The translations under genes were made by a program, and so were the position numbers. This document shows, one piece after another, positions 8,369 to 19,004 of a stretch of DNA of 64,000 bases. The notes under the pieces were generated by a model. That model had not been told where the DNA came from, made no database searches, and saw only the letters and a list, made by a program, of their open reading frames with translations. Where the stretch lies: positions 2,670-66,669 of the forward strand of contig CAZYEN010000029.1 in assembly GCA_964646465.1 (NCBI GenBank). The letters are read 5' to 3'. Each line of letters starts with the position of its first letter. Positions within the stretch are counted from its first letter, which is position 1. The stretch is from an uncultured Candidatus Saccharibacteria bacterium. Its GTDB lineage: Bacteria > Patescibacteriota > Minisyncoccia > SW-4-49-11.

Positions 8369-9073
8369 ATGATATATTGGAATCAAAGATTAGTAGTGGT
8401 ATTACTTACTATAATAGCGTTGGGGATTGTATCTATCAGTGCTATAGTATCTCCAAAGGGGGATGAGTTATTGGAGAAAAAAGCTTCTCTATCTTATAAT
8501 TCCATGTCTGATCCTAGTAGGACCTTTAGCGTGGACCAAGAGGCCAATATACCTACTTGGTTTACCAGTGGGATTGCTTTATATTTAGCTATGACTGCAG
8601 CTATGATTGCCTCCGTTGTAAAATCTCAAGGAAGTAAACAATCATGGGCTTGGAGAGGAATATCTATAATGGCAATTTATATCGCTCTTGATGAAGTGGC
8701 GGGATTCCATGAACTGGCAATTGAGCCTATAAGAGATACCTGGGAAATAAGCCCTTGGTTATATCAGGCTTGGGTCATACCAGCTATGCTAGGAGTGGTT
8801 TTTATCGGGATTATTTATTCTAGATTTTTGTGGAAATTACCTATTTATACAAAAATTTATTTATGTCTAGGGTCCTTAACTTATATTACTGGTGCTATTG
8901 GAGTAGAGGCAATTGGAGGGTTTGTATTGACTACTCAAGGTTTGAGTGATTGGTATGTTCAATTATCTCATATTGAAGAGTTTTTAGAAATGATGGGCTT
9001 GATCATTATTCTATATTCGGTTGTAGAATACGCTCGTCGTGAGCTTAAGTCTATGACAGTGATTTTAAAATAG
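8369..9073 (+). CDS. Polytopic membrane protein, hypothetical
   Basis: A 234-aa ORF with about six TM helices. Confidence 0.5.
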   Translation: MIYWNQRLVVVLLTIIALGIVSISAIVSPKGDELLEKKASLSYNSMSDPSRTFSVDQEANIPTWFTSGIALYLAMTAAMIASVVKSQGSKQSWAWRGISIMAIYIALDEVAGFHELAIEPIRDTWEISPWLYQAWVIPAMLGVVFIGIIYSRFLWKLPIYTKIYLCLGSLTYITGAIGVEAIGGFVLTTQGLSDWYVQLSHIEEFLEMMGLIIILYSVVEYARRELKSMTVILK

Positions 9074-9154
9074 AAAAATGTATGACAACTATTGACAAAA
9101 GTTCAAAAATATGTTAGTGTCCATGATAAATATAATTAGATTAGATGTGTCGCT

Positions 9155-10255
9155 ATGATTAGATTGTCTTTCCGCAAGTTTGCATTTATAGCTCAGTTGG
9201 TTGTTTTGACTTTAGTATATCTATTTTATATCATTTTTATTATACAACTATTAACAACAAAAGATTTAGGTAGATTAGAGTCTGCATGGTTAATAGTTTT
9301 AAGCGTTATAGGTCTATTTTGGATAAGTAATTTATTATTAAAAATTAAAATAGTTAAAAGACATATTCGCAGACTTTTTGTATTAAATATCAATTTACTA
9401 TTTAATAACCGTATAGTATGGTCTATTTTAGGTGTTTTTAATAAAAGATTTAAATTAATTAAAACTATATTTTTAGCATATCCAGCTAACCATAATTTCG
9501 CAAAAGAATATGTATTTGATAGTGTTTTAGAAGAGACTCGATGGTATCCTTGGTTTACAGGGTTTTTTATACAGAATGGAAAAGTCGGTTTAAAATTTGC
9601 TATATCTTCTACAGAGGATGACTTTAGAGATGAAAATAATTTAGATCAATTAAGAAGTGTTTGGTTAAAAATGAGTTATTTACAACATCTTTTAGAGTCT
9701 GACCAAATGACTTTTGCGGGTATTTTGCCAGGAGTATTTTATAAAAAGAATATTATTAACAATCTTCCGGTAGAGTTAGATAATACAGTTCAAGCTGTTA
9801 AGAAGTCAGTTTTATTAGTTATTGAAGAGTTGAACTTAAATAATAAAACGCCAATTATTGTGCTTGGAGGGAAGGGTTTTATAGGAGATAAATTTATTAC
9901 CGAGATGAGTGATAAAAAAATTTACTGTATTGATATAAAAGATAATAATTATAGTATAAATGAACTTATAAATTCTGCAAACGATAAAGTAATAATTCTC
10001 AATGTAGCAAGTCAGCGGGCGTTGCAAGATAACTTGATTTATTTTAATGAAAAAGTTATTATAATAAATGAAGTATATCCGGAACCTTCTACTGAAATAG
10101 TTAATCGAATAAAGTCTCAAGGTGGAACTATATTTCACATTGTGGGTGTTTCGGGAAGATCTTTCCCAAGATTTCCAAGAGCATATAGGAATGGGATACC
10201 TTGCTGTGCTAGTTGGAACAGTAAAAATACTGATGTTAAATTGATAAAAATATAA
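9155..10255 (+). CDS. Membrane-anchored protein with a C-terminal Rossmann-like (GxGxxG) domain, hypothetical
   Basis: N-terminal TM helices are followed by IIVLGGKGFIGDKF, a nucleotide-binding-like motif. Confidence 0.45.
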   Translation: MIRLSFRKFAFIAQLVVLTLVYLFYIIFIIQLLTTKDLGRLESAWLIVLSVIGLFWISNLLLKIKIVKRHIRRLFVLNINLLFNNRIVWSILGVFNKRFKLIKTIFLAYPANHNFAKEYVFDSVLEETRWYPWFTGFFIQNGKVGLKFAISSTEDDFRDENNLDQLRSVWLKMSYLQHLLESDQMTFAGILPGVFYKKNIINNLPVELDNTVQAVKKSVLLVIEELNLNNKTPIIVLGGKGFIGDKFITEMSDKKIYCIDIKDNNYSINELINSANDKVIILNVASQRALQDNLIYFNEKVIIINEVYPEPSTEIVNRIKSQGGTIFHIVGVSGRSFPRFPRAYRNGIPCCASWNSKNTDVKLIKI

Positions 10256-10268
10256 ATATAATACTGTA

Positions 10269-11885
10269 ATGATAGAATTAAATTTAATACAAATACTTTT
10301 AATTACAGTAGGTGTAACAAACTTTGCTTTAGGTCTATTGGTATTACTAAGCTTTAATAAGAAAAAAGATTATAGTAGTGGTTGGTTTGCTTTAGTTGCA
10401 TTTTCTGTTGTTCTATGGACCAGCTCAATGATTGTTTATAGAGGGTTTGATGATGTTAATAATATTGTGCTCTATACAAAAATATTATATAGCTCAGCTC
10501 TATTAATTCCTACAGTATTTTTAATATTTGTCAATAGATTGATTTCTAGTAAATATATATATATCAGTGAGTTTCTAGTTTTCTTTTTTTTCGTTGGTTT
10601 AGGTATATTAACCTTTTTCACCTCATATATTATTGAGTCTGTAATAATTTTTAAACCATTAGAAAATACAATTATATTTGGTGACTTATTTTTTCTTTAT
10701 GTACTATTTTTAATCATTGCATTCAATTTATCATTTTATAATTTACTTATAGAGTATAATCGTTATAAAGGGATAAGAAAAAAACAAATTTTGTTCATCA
10801 TTCTAGGTACAACATTATCTACATATCCTGCTTTTTTTACTAATTTAATATTGCCATGGATCGGAATATTTGCATTTAACTGGTTTGGACAATTATCGAC
10901 TATATTTCTTATTATCTTCACCACCTATGCTATTTTTAAACATCATCTATTTAATATAAAAATGATTCTATCAGAAATTCTTTTGGGAGTTATGGGAATT
11001 GTATTATTTATTTATATTTTTCTTTCTCGTAGCTTGTCTGAGGTAATAGTTAGTATTACATTTTTTATTATTTTTGTTATATTGGGATATAATTTGCTCA
11101 AGGAGTTATTAAGTGGAATCAAAAGAGAAAAAGAATTGGATATATCGAATAGGAAGTTAGAGGATACTATAGAGTCGAAGGATTTGTTTTTGAGAATGAC
11201 TTCCCATCAGCTTAGAACTCCCCTTACCTCTTTAAATGGCTTTTTATCTCTGATTTTAGAACAATGGCAAAGTAAATATAAGATGAATGAATATACCAAA
11301 AATGATATTGTAAAAGTATATATTAATGTACAACGATTGGTTGAATTAGTTAACGATGTACTTGCTCTAAATACAATCAAGGCCGGCAGATTTGGAGTTG
11401 TAATTAGGCCGAATATTGATATTAAAGAGGAGTTAACCTATTTAATTCAAGATAATAAATATATGCTTGATCATTTTACTACTAAAATCACTATAAAAAG
11501 CATAGGAGAAAATTTTATTGCTGATGTTGATAGTGTTAGAATGAAAAGTGTATTTCAGAATTTATTATCTAATGCTATTTATTATGGTAAAGATAAAATT
11601 TGGGTTACTTTGATTGATGAGGGTGATAGGATAAAAATTCGTTTTAGAGATAATGGGAATGGTATTGATATGAGTATAAGAGATAAAATTTTCAACCCTG
11701 GCTTTAGAGCGGTTGGTTTTGATGAAAGAAATCCTAATGGCTCTGGTTTTGGCTTATTTATATCAAAAAATATTATTGATCTTCATCATGGTTCCTTGAA
11801 GTTAAAATACTCGGGGACAGATAATGGTTCTTTATTTGAAATAAAATTACCTAAAAAACCTCTAATTGATAAATACAACAACTAA
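10269..11885 (+). CDS. Sensor histidine kinase (multi-TM sensor domain)
   Basis: The H-box MTSHQLRTPLTSLNGF, the G2 box GSGFGLFISKNI, and about eight N-terminal TM helices. Confidence 0.85.
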   Translation: MIELNLIQILLITVGVTNFALGLLVLLSFNKKKDYSSGWFALVAFSVVLWTSSMIVYRGFDDVNNIVLYTKILYSSALLIPTVFLIFVNRLISSKYIYISEFLVFFFFVGLGILTFFTSYIIESVIIFKPLENTIIFGDLFFLYVLFLIIAFNLSFYNLLIEYNRYKGIRKKQILFIILGTTLSTYPAFFTNLILPWIGIFAFNWFGQLSTIFLIIFTTYAIFKHHLFNIKMILSEILLGVMGIVLFIYIFLSRSLSEVIVSITFFIIFVILGYNLLKELLSGIKREKELDISNRKLEDTIESKDLFLRMTSHQLRTPLTSLNGFLSLILEQWQSKYKMNEYTKNDIVKVYINVQRLVELVNDVLALNTIKAGRFGVVIRPNIDIKEELTYLIQDNKYMLDHFTTKITIKSIGENFIADVDSVRMKSVFQNLLSNAIYYGKDKIWVTLIDEGDRIKIRFRDNGNGIDMSIRDKIFNPGFRAVGFDERNPNGSGFGLFISKNIIDLHHGSLKLKYSGTDNGSLFEIKLPKKPLIDKYNN

Positions 11886-11928
11886 AAATGGGTAGAATAA
11901 TTATATAATCGATTAATGAATATCTAAT

Positions 11929-14640
11929 ATGAAAAAAACTAAAAACTATTATCAGTTATCCATTGAAGAGTCTTTATTGGCTACTAAATCTAATCTTACT
12001 GGACTCACTAATCAGGAAGTATTGGATAGAAGGCGAGAATATGGTGAGAATATATTATTAACTAAGCAAGTAGAATCTCCTATTTGGCTGTTTTTAAAAC
12101 AATTTCATAATGGATTAGTATATGTGCTTTTACTAGCAGCTATTATATCTGTGATGTTTGATCATTGGGTGGATTTTTGGATTATTATTGTAATTATAGT
12201 TATAAACTCGATCATTGGATTTTATCAGGAGTATAGAGCTGAGAGAGCTGTAGTTGCTTTGGCTAAAAAAATATCTGTTAAGACCAAGGTCTATCGGGAT
12301 GGACATCTAGAAGAACATGATGCAAAGGATTTAGTACAAGGAGATATTATTGTGTTGGAGGAGGGTGATAAAGTTCCGGCTGATGCGAGGTTGATTGAGG
12401 CTGTCGAACTACAAACTATCGAGGCTTCTCTTACCGGAGAGTCTCAGCCATCTTATAAATCTATAGATATTATTACAGAAGATGTAGGTATTGGAGATAG
12501 AAGTAACTTAGTTTGGATGGGGACATTGGTAGCTACTGGATGGGCTAAGGCTGTAGTAGTAGCTACTGGAATGAATACAGCTATTGGAGTTATTGCAGAT
12601 GATTTAGACAAAGTAGAAATTGAAAGAACACACTTTCATATTCAAACAGATATATTAGCTAAACAACTGGCTATCTTTGCCTTTAGCTCGGCCGCTATAT
12701 TGTTTGTAATCGGATTTTGGTTTAGACAATTACCATTAGATGAAATGATTGGGTTTACTTTATCCGCTTTGGTTGGAGGCATTCCTGAAAGTTTACCTAT
12801 AGTATTGATTGTAGTATTGGCTATTGGAGCTAAGAGAATGAGTGATAAAAAGGCCATTATTCGCTCTTTACCAGTGACAGAATCTTTAGCTGTGATGGAC
12901 ACTATTATTACAGATAAAACTGGGACTTTGACTGAAAATAATATGACAGTGCAAAAAATATGGGTTTTAGGAGAGGAAATGGTAGATGTTAATGGTAGAG
13001 GCTTAGAGACAAAAGGAGAGTTTACACAAGGGACAAATAATATAATCCCCCTAGATTATCCCGGTATCTCTAAATTATTACATATAGCAGGTTTAGCTCA
13101 TAATGGTCAGATATATGAAGAAGTTTTAGAAGATGGAAGTTCTGTCGTGAAGAGTGTGGGGGACCCAACCGAGGTAGCTTTATCTATTGTCTCAATGAAG
13201 TCTAATCTCAATAAAGATTTACTGGATAGTGATTGGCATCGTTTGGCAGATTTGCCATTTCGTTCGGAGAATAAATTTCGAGCTACTTATCTTCACAATG
13301 TATCTCAAGATACCCATCAATTAATGGCTATTGGGGCTAGTGAGACATTATTGAATTTGAGCAATAAAATTCTAGACAAACAAGGAAATTTAATTTCCTT
13401 GAATGATGAGCATATTCAGGAGATCAATAAGCAAGTAGCACATTTGTCTAAACAAGCAATGCGAGTTATCGCTCTTGCTTATAAAGATGAAAAAGATAAT
13501 TTGAATGGCCTTAATGTTGAACAAGTACAGGATTTGGTCTTTGTAGGACTAGTAGGAATTATAGATCCACCAAGAGCTGAAGTGGCACAAGCCATTGCAC
13601 AAGCTAAACAAGCTGGAATTAGAGTGATTATGGCCACAGGAGACCATAAAGATACTGCTCTTGCTATTGCTAAATCTATTGGACTTATTGATGAGACAGG
13701 TCAAGCTCTTACGGATACTGAAATTCAAGAACTATCTGATAGAGAACTTTATAAAAAGTTAAAGACAATTTCTGTGCTAGCTAGATTAAGCCCTAGAACT
13801 AAAATGCGAGTAGCAGATATTTTTCAAAAACATAAACATATAGTGGCTATGACAGGAGATGGAGTCAACGATGCCCCGGCTCTTAAAAAGGCGGACATAG
13901 GTATATCTATGGGCATCAGAGGCACTGATGTGGCTCGGGAAGCGAGTGATATTGTGCTTACAGATGATAATTTTGTAAGTATAATATCCGCCGTAGAAGA
14001 GGGGAGGGTAATATTTAGGAATGTGCAACAAACTAGTATATTCTTGATTACTACCAGTGTAGCGGAGATTTTATTATTTATATTAAGTTTGAGTTTAGGT
14101 TTACCACTACCACTTTTAGCAATTCAAGTCCTGTGTCTTAACCTAGTCACTAATGGAATCTCAGATATTGCCCTAGCAACGGAGCGAAGTCATAAGAATA
14201 TTCTACTAGAGAAGCCATTACCAGTAAATATGCCAGTAGTCTCACCTAATACCTATCCATATATTATAATCATGACACTTACAATGACTGGTTTAGGATT
14301 TTGGATCTATCTAGCTTATTTGGGCAATGGAATAGAGCAGGCTAGAACAATGTTTTTCTTGTGCTTAGCCTTGATGCAATTAGCTAATACCTATAATATG
14401 CGATCCCCAAAAGAATCATTGTTTAGGATAGGATTTTTCTCTAATAAAATGATAAATCTAGCAGTTATAGCCTCATCCTTGATATTAGTAGCTATGATAA
14501 CTATGCCATTTTTACAAAATATCCTACAATTCACACCCGTTTCTCTATATGATGCAATCTATTATGGCTTTATCTCAATCGTGGTTGTCATCGCCGTCGC
14601 CGAATTCTATAAGTGGAGAATGAGGTTGGAGGGGAAGTAG
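11929..14640 (+). CDS. Cation-transporting P-type ATPase (P2-type, Ca2+/Mg2+-like)
   Basis: The phosphorylation motif DKTGTLT, the hinge motif MTGDGVNDAPAL, a TGES motif, and ten TM segments. Confidence 0.9.
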   Translation: MKKTKNYYQLSIEESLLATKSNLTGLTNQEVLDRRREYGENILLTKQVESPIWLFLKQFHNGLVYVLLLAAIISVMFDHWVDFWIIIVIIVINSIIGFYQEYRAERAVVALAKKISVKTKVYRDGHLEEHDAKDLVQGDIIVLEEGDKVPADARLIEAVELQTIEASLTGESQPSYKSIDIITEDVGIGDRSNLVWMGTLVATGWAKAVVVATGMNTAIGVIADDLDKVEIERTHFHIQTDILAKQLAIFAFSSAAILFVIGFWFRQLPLDEMIGFTLSALVGGIPESLPIVLIVVLAIGAKRMSDKKAIIRSLPVTESLAVMDTIITDKTGTLTENNMTVQKIWVLGEEMVDVNGRGLETKGEFTQGTNNIIPLDYPGISKLLHIAGLAHNGQIYEEVLEDGSSVVKSVGDPTEVALSIVSMKSNLNKDLLDSDWHRLADLPFRSENKFRATYLHNVSQDTHQLMAIGASETLLNLSNKILDKQGNLISLNDEHIQEINKQVAHLSKQAMRVIALAYKDEKDNLNGLNVEQVQDLVFVGLVGIIDPPRAEVAQAIAQAKQAGIRVIMATGDHKDTALAIAKSIGLIDETGQALTDTEIQELSDRELYKKLKTISVLARLSPRTKMRVADIFQKHKHIVAMTGDGVNDAPALKKADIGISMGIRGTDVAREASDIVLTDDNFVSIISAVEEGRVIFRNVQQTSIFLITTSVAEILLFILSLSLGLPLPLLAIQVLCLNLVTNGISDIALATERSHKNILLEKPLPVNMPVVSPNTYPYIIIMTLTMTGLGFWIYLAYLGNGIEQARTMFFLCLALMQLANTYNMRSPKESLFRIGFFSNKMINLAVIASSLILVAMITMPFLQNILQFTPVSLYDAIYYGFISIVVVIAVAEFYKWRMRLEGK

Positions 14641-14773
14641 TCAGTTGTAAGAAAATATGGGACAACTGAAATTAGAGGCTGCCGCCCCGGTAAAGTTTTG
14701 TTAAACATAGTTTATTCTATTGACAGTAATTGACAATAGTTATACTATAAAAGAGTAGTGTTAAAATAAATAT

Positions 14774-16474
14774 ATGTATATAAATCAAACATGGTATGTA
14801 AAAAAGTCTGTTTTGCTTGTGGCCTCATTAGCCACATTTTTTGTTTATGATGCTTATGCTTTGGCGAATGCCAATAATAATCAAGGGTTAAATGAATATG
14901 TTGACCCTAGTCAAAACCCTAAGTATTCTCAAGTTTATAATGAAATTACTTTTACAGGAGATGGAATTACCAAAGAAGAATTAGATGATATAAATAGCCT
15001 TATAAACTTAAAAGAAAATTCTATTGAAGAGCCTATAGCTGTGGTAGGTGAGGAAGTCGTCCCTATCTCTAAATTAAAAATAGGAGCTAAAATCAAAAGC
15101 CTAGCTTATAATAGTAGTCCTGAGGACACTAAATTTATAGAATTAAATTATTATAGAGGCAAAGATGAAAATTTAGAAAATAAAAAAGCCAAGAGAAAAG
15201 AATTAAAGGATAAAAAATCTAAAGAATTGGAAACAATAGTGGCTAAATTAGATTATGAAATTAATACACAAGAACAACGAATACAAAAAAATAAAACCAA
15301 CTGGGACAAAAAAGCTAAATCCAACAAAGCTCAAGTAGAGAAATTAAAATCTAAAACTCAAACAGCCATTAGCAATAACAATAAAGAAATAATGGATATT
15401 CTATACCCTAGTAAAGAGAGTATAGATAAACTTAATGCTGCAATTTTGGAAGAGCGAAATAAATCTAAGAATTTTTTGGAGCAGAATGCTAATCGACCAA
15501 AGTATATAAAGGAAAAACTGCAAACTTCGATTAAAATTCCGGAAGTTTTAGCCTGGGGAGATTCTTCTAACTCAGTTAATAATTTAGTTATTTATAATCG
15601 AGCAAACTGGGACTATATCTGGGATGTAGATTATGCAAATGCTGTGAATGGACAAACTTTCAAACTCTGGGGTAGAGCTAATGATGCTCCAAAACAATTT
15701 AGATTCATAGATGCTAGAGCTGAGATTAGATTTGTTGGAAAAAAGGGAGTAGAGAAATGTGTAGATGTAGATTTAGCTAATGGTAGATATGATAATGGAG
15801 ATAGAGTGCATCTTTGGGACTGTCATGGTGGTAATAATCAGAAATTTATAGTACAATCAGATGGTACTATTAGACCTAAATTTGCACAACATATGTGTCT
15901 TGATGCTAGTGCAGGAGTTAGTTATGGAAGTCGTATTCATCTTTGGCAATGCCATGGAGGGAGTAATCAAAAGTTCAATGCCGGGGAGTATGATTTTGAT
16001 GGCCAGAGATTTTATTTGAGGATACAATCTTTATCAACTCCAAACGCGCAGAATGTTGTAGGGCATACATTCGTTTCAGTATGGCGTACTGGTAGAGGAA
16101 TTACTAATACCTTTAGCTTCTGGCCTAATAAAGACTTTAATGATTCAAATTATAATGGTAGAAAAAATAATATAGGTACAGGAAATAATATCAATATAGA
16201 TCACGAAAATGATTGGAACAATTCATATTATGGGACTGAAAAAGGTTTTCGATATAAAGATATAAGCATAACAAAGCAAATGTATGATGAAATAAAATAT
16301 ATGAGAGGATATCAAGCTAAGAGTTCATACATAACCTATTCTTATGATTGGTGTTTATTAAATTGTGTTAGATTCTCAACAGATTTATGGAATAAATATA
16401 CTGGTGATTCACTAAGATCATACAGTTACTCAACAGGATGTCATTCTCCAGGAATTGTATATAATAGTCTTTAA
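14774..16474 (+). CDS. Secreted protein with a Lys-rich coiled-coil region and a ricin-B (beta-trefoil) lectin domain
   Basis: An N-terminal signal peptide is present. The repeated motifs HLWDCHGGNNQKF and HLWQCHGGSNQKF are QxW-type ricin-B repeats. The Cys-containing C-terminal domain was not recognised. Confidence 0.75.
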   Translation: MYINQTWYVKKSVLLVASLATFFVYDAYALANANNNQGLNEYVDPSQNPKYSQVYNEITFTGDGITKEELDDINSLINLKENSIEEPIAVVGEEVVPISKLKIGAKIKSLAYNSSPEDTKFIELNYYRGKDENLENKKAKRKELKDKKSKELETIVAKLDYEINTQEQRIQKNKTNWDKKAKSNKAQVEKLKSKTQTAISNNNKEIMDILYPSKESIDKLNAAILEERNKSKNFLEQNANRPKYIKEKLQTSIKIPEVLAWGDSSNSVNNLVIYNRANWDYIWDVDYANAVNGQTFKLWGRANDAPKQFRFIDARAEIRFVGKKGVEKCVDVDLANGRYDNGDRVHLWDCHGGNNQKFIVQSDGTIRPKFAQHMCLDASAGVSYGSRIHLWQCHGGSNQKFNAGEYDFDGQRFYLRIQSLSTPNAQNVVGHTFVSVWRTGRGITNTFSFWPNKDFNDSNYNGRKNNIGTGNNINIDHENDWNNSYYGTEKGFRYKDISITKQMYDEIKYMRGYQAKSSYITYSYDWCLLNCVRFSTDLWNKYTGDSLRSYSYSTGCHSPGIVYNSL

Positions 16475-16484
16475 GAGTAAAATT

Positions 16485-16709
16485 ATGAGAAAAAAACTAA
16501 TTGGAATATATTTTATCTTGCTAGGAACATCGGGTATAACTTTGATATCTAGTATAGTATTTATGGTCTATAACCTATCTAATATAAAAGCTGGTAAAGA
16601 AATTTTGTTTAATTATATTTTTATAATAAATATGTATACATTTATTGCTTTATTGGTTGTGGGAGCTATAAGTTCTATCTACTTTAGATATATAAAACAA
16701 AACAAATGA
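16485..16709 (+). CDS. Small membrane protein (paralog family member 1)
   Basis: A hydrophobic 74-aa ORF. The start was moved to MRKKL to avoid overlap with the upstream gene. Confidence 0.4.
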   Translation: MRKKLIGIYFILLGTSGITLISSIVFMVYNLSNIKAGKEILFNYIFIINMYTFIALLVVGAISSIYFRYIKQNK

Positions 16710-17098
16710 AGAAAATTTATTTATTCTATAGTCTGGTTATATTATCAAGTATTAGTTTTTTAGGTGAAAAGTTATCATGGGAGATAGTTAATATAAAATC
16801 GGATAATGGGTTAATGTCTATTCTAGCAACACTGTTATTTTTGAGTGTATCTTTAATTTTACCTTTTCTGAATACTTTAATATTTTCTTTCAATATCTTT
16901 GGAAAAAAGCCAATTTCAGATAAGAGTTTTTCTAGTCTCATTGCTATTTATGGCACAGTGTACTTAATATGGGCTACTATTATTGGATATAGACATATAG
17001 TTTCAGAGTGGATTTATGAAAATAGAGAAATAGGCTGGATAAGTCTAGGGGTATTATATATAACCATCTCATTATATAAGAAATTTCAAAAGGTTTAG
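16706..17098 (+). CDS. Small membrane protein (paralog family member 2)
   Basis: It shares MKK..., an ILPF...FGKK motif and MSILATL with the neighbouring genes. Confidence 0.45.
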   Translation: MKKIYLFYSLVILSSISFLGEKLSWEIVNIKSDNGLMSILATLLFLSVSLILPFLNTLIFSFNIFGKKPISDKSFSSLIAIYGTVYLIWATIIGYRHIVSEWIYENREIGWISLGVLYITISLYKKFQKV

Positions 17099-17171
17099 TG
17101 TAATGATGTATTTTAAACAGGGTATTTGATATACAATATAGGTTTTTACAAATTTAACTTAATAACATAAT

Positions 17172-17567
17172 ATGAAAAAACTATTCTTGAGTAAACATAT
17201 TCTAATATATCTTATGTCATTGAGTTCAGTTATTTTACTACTTGGATCGATTTTGAATATATCTGCATTGCAATTCAAAATAGGAATAATTGGAGACATA
17301 GCTTTTATTATATCTAGTATATTGCCGTTTATTATTTTACCTATATTTTTAGCCTCAGTTTTCGGACTTTTTCAGAATAAAAAATATATATTAACCTGGT
17401 ATCATAGGCTAATATATATTCTAATTGTAATTTTATCTACCATATATATCATAATTTCTTTTGGAAACCTGAATATTTTAGGTAATTTTATATATTCAAA
17501 TTCTTATTATATTTTATGGAGTATAATTGGCTTAAGTTTAGCTTGTATAAATATGATTAAAAAATAA
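17172..17567 (+). CDS. Small membrane protein (paralog family member 3)
   Basis: The ILPFIILPIF...FGLFQNKK motif parallels member 2. Confidence 0.45.
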   Translation: MKKLFLSKHILIYLMSLSSVILLLGSILNISALQFKIGIIGDIAFIISSILPFIILPIFLASVFGLFQNKKYILTWYHRLIYILIVILSTIYIIISFGNLNILGNFIYSNSYYILWSIIGLSLACINMIKK

Positions 17568-17570
17568 ACT

Positions 17571-17903
17571 ATGTCTATACTCGCCACCCTAACTGTTTTA
17601 ATCCCTTTTTTAACCCTTATGTTCAATGCAGGCTCAGATGATAAAGGGATATTTGTTGCAACTATATTTTTGGGATTTTTAATTCAATCTATTATATTTA
17701 TAACCTGGTTGCTTTTGAGCATAGTGAGCCTTCATACAAAATATAAATTATTCAAAATTATCCTGATAATCCTAGCTCATATACCTCTTTTATATATTAG
17801 ATATTTTGACAATATGGCTTATATGATTTGTTATGCTATAAGTTTATTTTTATGTATCATAATTATACTAATTGACTATAAATCAGGAAATTGGCTGGAG
17901 TAG
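17571..17903 (+). CDS. Small membrane protein (paralog family member 4)
   Basis: The MSILATL N-terminus is shared with member 2, and the protein is hydrophobic. Confidence 0.4.
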   Translation: MSILATLTVLIPFLTLMFNAGSDDKGIFVATIFLGFLIQSIIFITWLLLSIVSLHTKYKLFKIILIILAHIPLLYIRYFDNMAYMICYAISLFLCIIIILIDYKSGNWLE

Positions 17904-17984
17904 GATTTTGATTTATGTATTTTTGTCTCACTTAAAAGGTAAAAATATGCTATAATACAAACAACCATTAAATTCTCATAATCT

Positions 17985-18587
17985 ATGAAAGGAGTAGTCT
18001 ATATAATGACAACAGTAGTCGATGGACTAATAAAAATAGGACAGACAGGCAGTCAAAATTATCAAGAAAGGATGAGAAATCTAGAATCAAATGGATACTA
18101 CAATGTCTCAGGACTAAAGAGATTTTTTGCAATTGAACTAGAAGATTATATTTACAAAGAAAATCTACTCAAAGAAATTTTCAATAAGCATAGAGTAGCA
18201 GATAGTGAACTATTCGCCTTAGACTATGATTTGGTAAGGCAATTATTACTATCTTTTGAAGGTAACCTAATATATCCAAAAGACATAGACAAAGAAAAAG
18301 AATTTGATGAAGTAGCAAAATCCAGAGAACAAAGTGCAAAATTTAGTTTTTATAAAAAAGGCATACAAAATGGAGAAGGAATTGTCTTCATAGCCGACAA
18401 AGATATAACAGCAAAAGTAGTAGGGGAAAGAGATGTAGAATATGGGGGACAAATTTATAAACTATCTCCATTAACCCTTAAAATATATCAACAAAAAGGT
18501 AATAGCAATAAAAGTGGAGCCTATCAAGGAGCCGCCTATTGGCAATATAAAGGAAAGAAATTAAAAGATTTACCGGATAGGGAGTAG
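17985..18587 (+). CDS. GIY-YIG-like T5orf172 domain protein with a DUF4357-like C-terminus
   Basis: GVVYIM...GLIKIGQT matches the T5orf172/MUG113 motif G.vYil...g.iKIG.T. An extended -10 TGcTATAAT lies at 17948-17956. Confidence 0.5.
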   Translation: MKGVVYIMTTVVDGLIKIGQTGSQNYQERMRNLESNGYYNVSGLKRFFAIELEDYIYKENLLKEIFNKHRVADSELFALDYDLVRQLLLSFEGNLIYPKDIDKEKEFDEVAKSREQSAKFSFYKKGIQNGEGIVFIADKDITAKVVGERDVEYGGQIYKLSPLTLKIYQQKGNSNKSGAYQGAAYWQYKGKKLKDLPDRE

Positions 18588-18638
18588 GGGGTTGGGTTTT
18601 ATATAAAAAATTATAAAGACAGATGAGAGGCTTGTAAT

Positions 18639-19004
18639 TTATTCTTCAATCTTTGAATCTTTTTTTACTGGGTCTTTGTGCTTATCTAGTATCTGATATA
18701 CTCTTTGTCTAGTTATTTTGTACTTTTTGGCTATATCTTTAACTGACATATCAAATAAAGTATAATCTTTAAGTATTTTTAAGTGGTTATCATTTGCAAA
18801 CTTAGAGATATATATTTCTTTCTTCTTACTTTTGGAGTTGTTATGATATCTATCGACTATTTCCTTGTCGTATAATTTGACCCTTTCGCCTGTTTTCTTG
18901 AAGTATATAATCATTTCTATATTTACAAAAGTTGTAGTGGTTATAAGTTGCTTTTTAGCCTGCTGTGTATAATAGTCTTTTCCGTTTACATTTATTATAT
19001 CCAT
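18639..19004 (-). CDS. Small helix-turn-helix DNA-binding protein
   Basis: The C-terminal MSVKDIAKKYKITRQRVYQIL is HTH-like. Confidence 0.45.
   Translation of the reverse strand: MDIINVNGKDYYTQQAKKQLITTTTFVNIEMIIYFKKTGERVKLYDKEIVDRYHNNSKSKKKEIYISKFANDNHLKILKDYTLFDMSVKDIAKKYKITRQRVYQILDKHKDPVKKDSKIEE

Noticed and set aside
3369-14031. Antisense ORFs 3369-3647, 7286-7483, 9836-10138, 12642-12902 and 13786-14031
   Set aside because: Each lies wholly inside a well-supported gene on the opposite strand (ABC ATPase, CooC-like, membrane protein, P-type ATPase). All are low-complexity or hydrophobic translations.
14641-14700. GC-rich segment gggacaactgaaattagaggctgccgccccgg considered as a tRNA
   Set aside because: It has no cloverleaf and no T-arm consensus. 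It is better read as the hairpin cagttgt...acaactg terminating the P-type ATPase gene.
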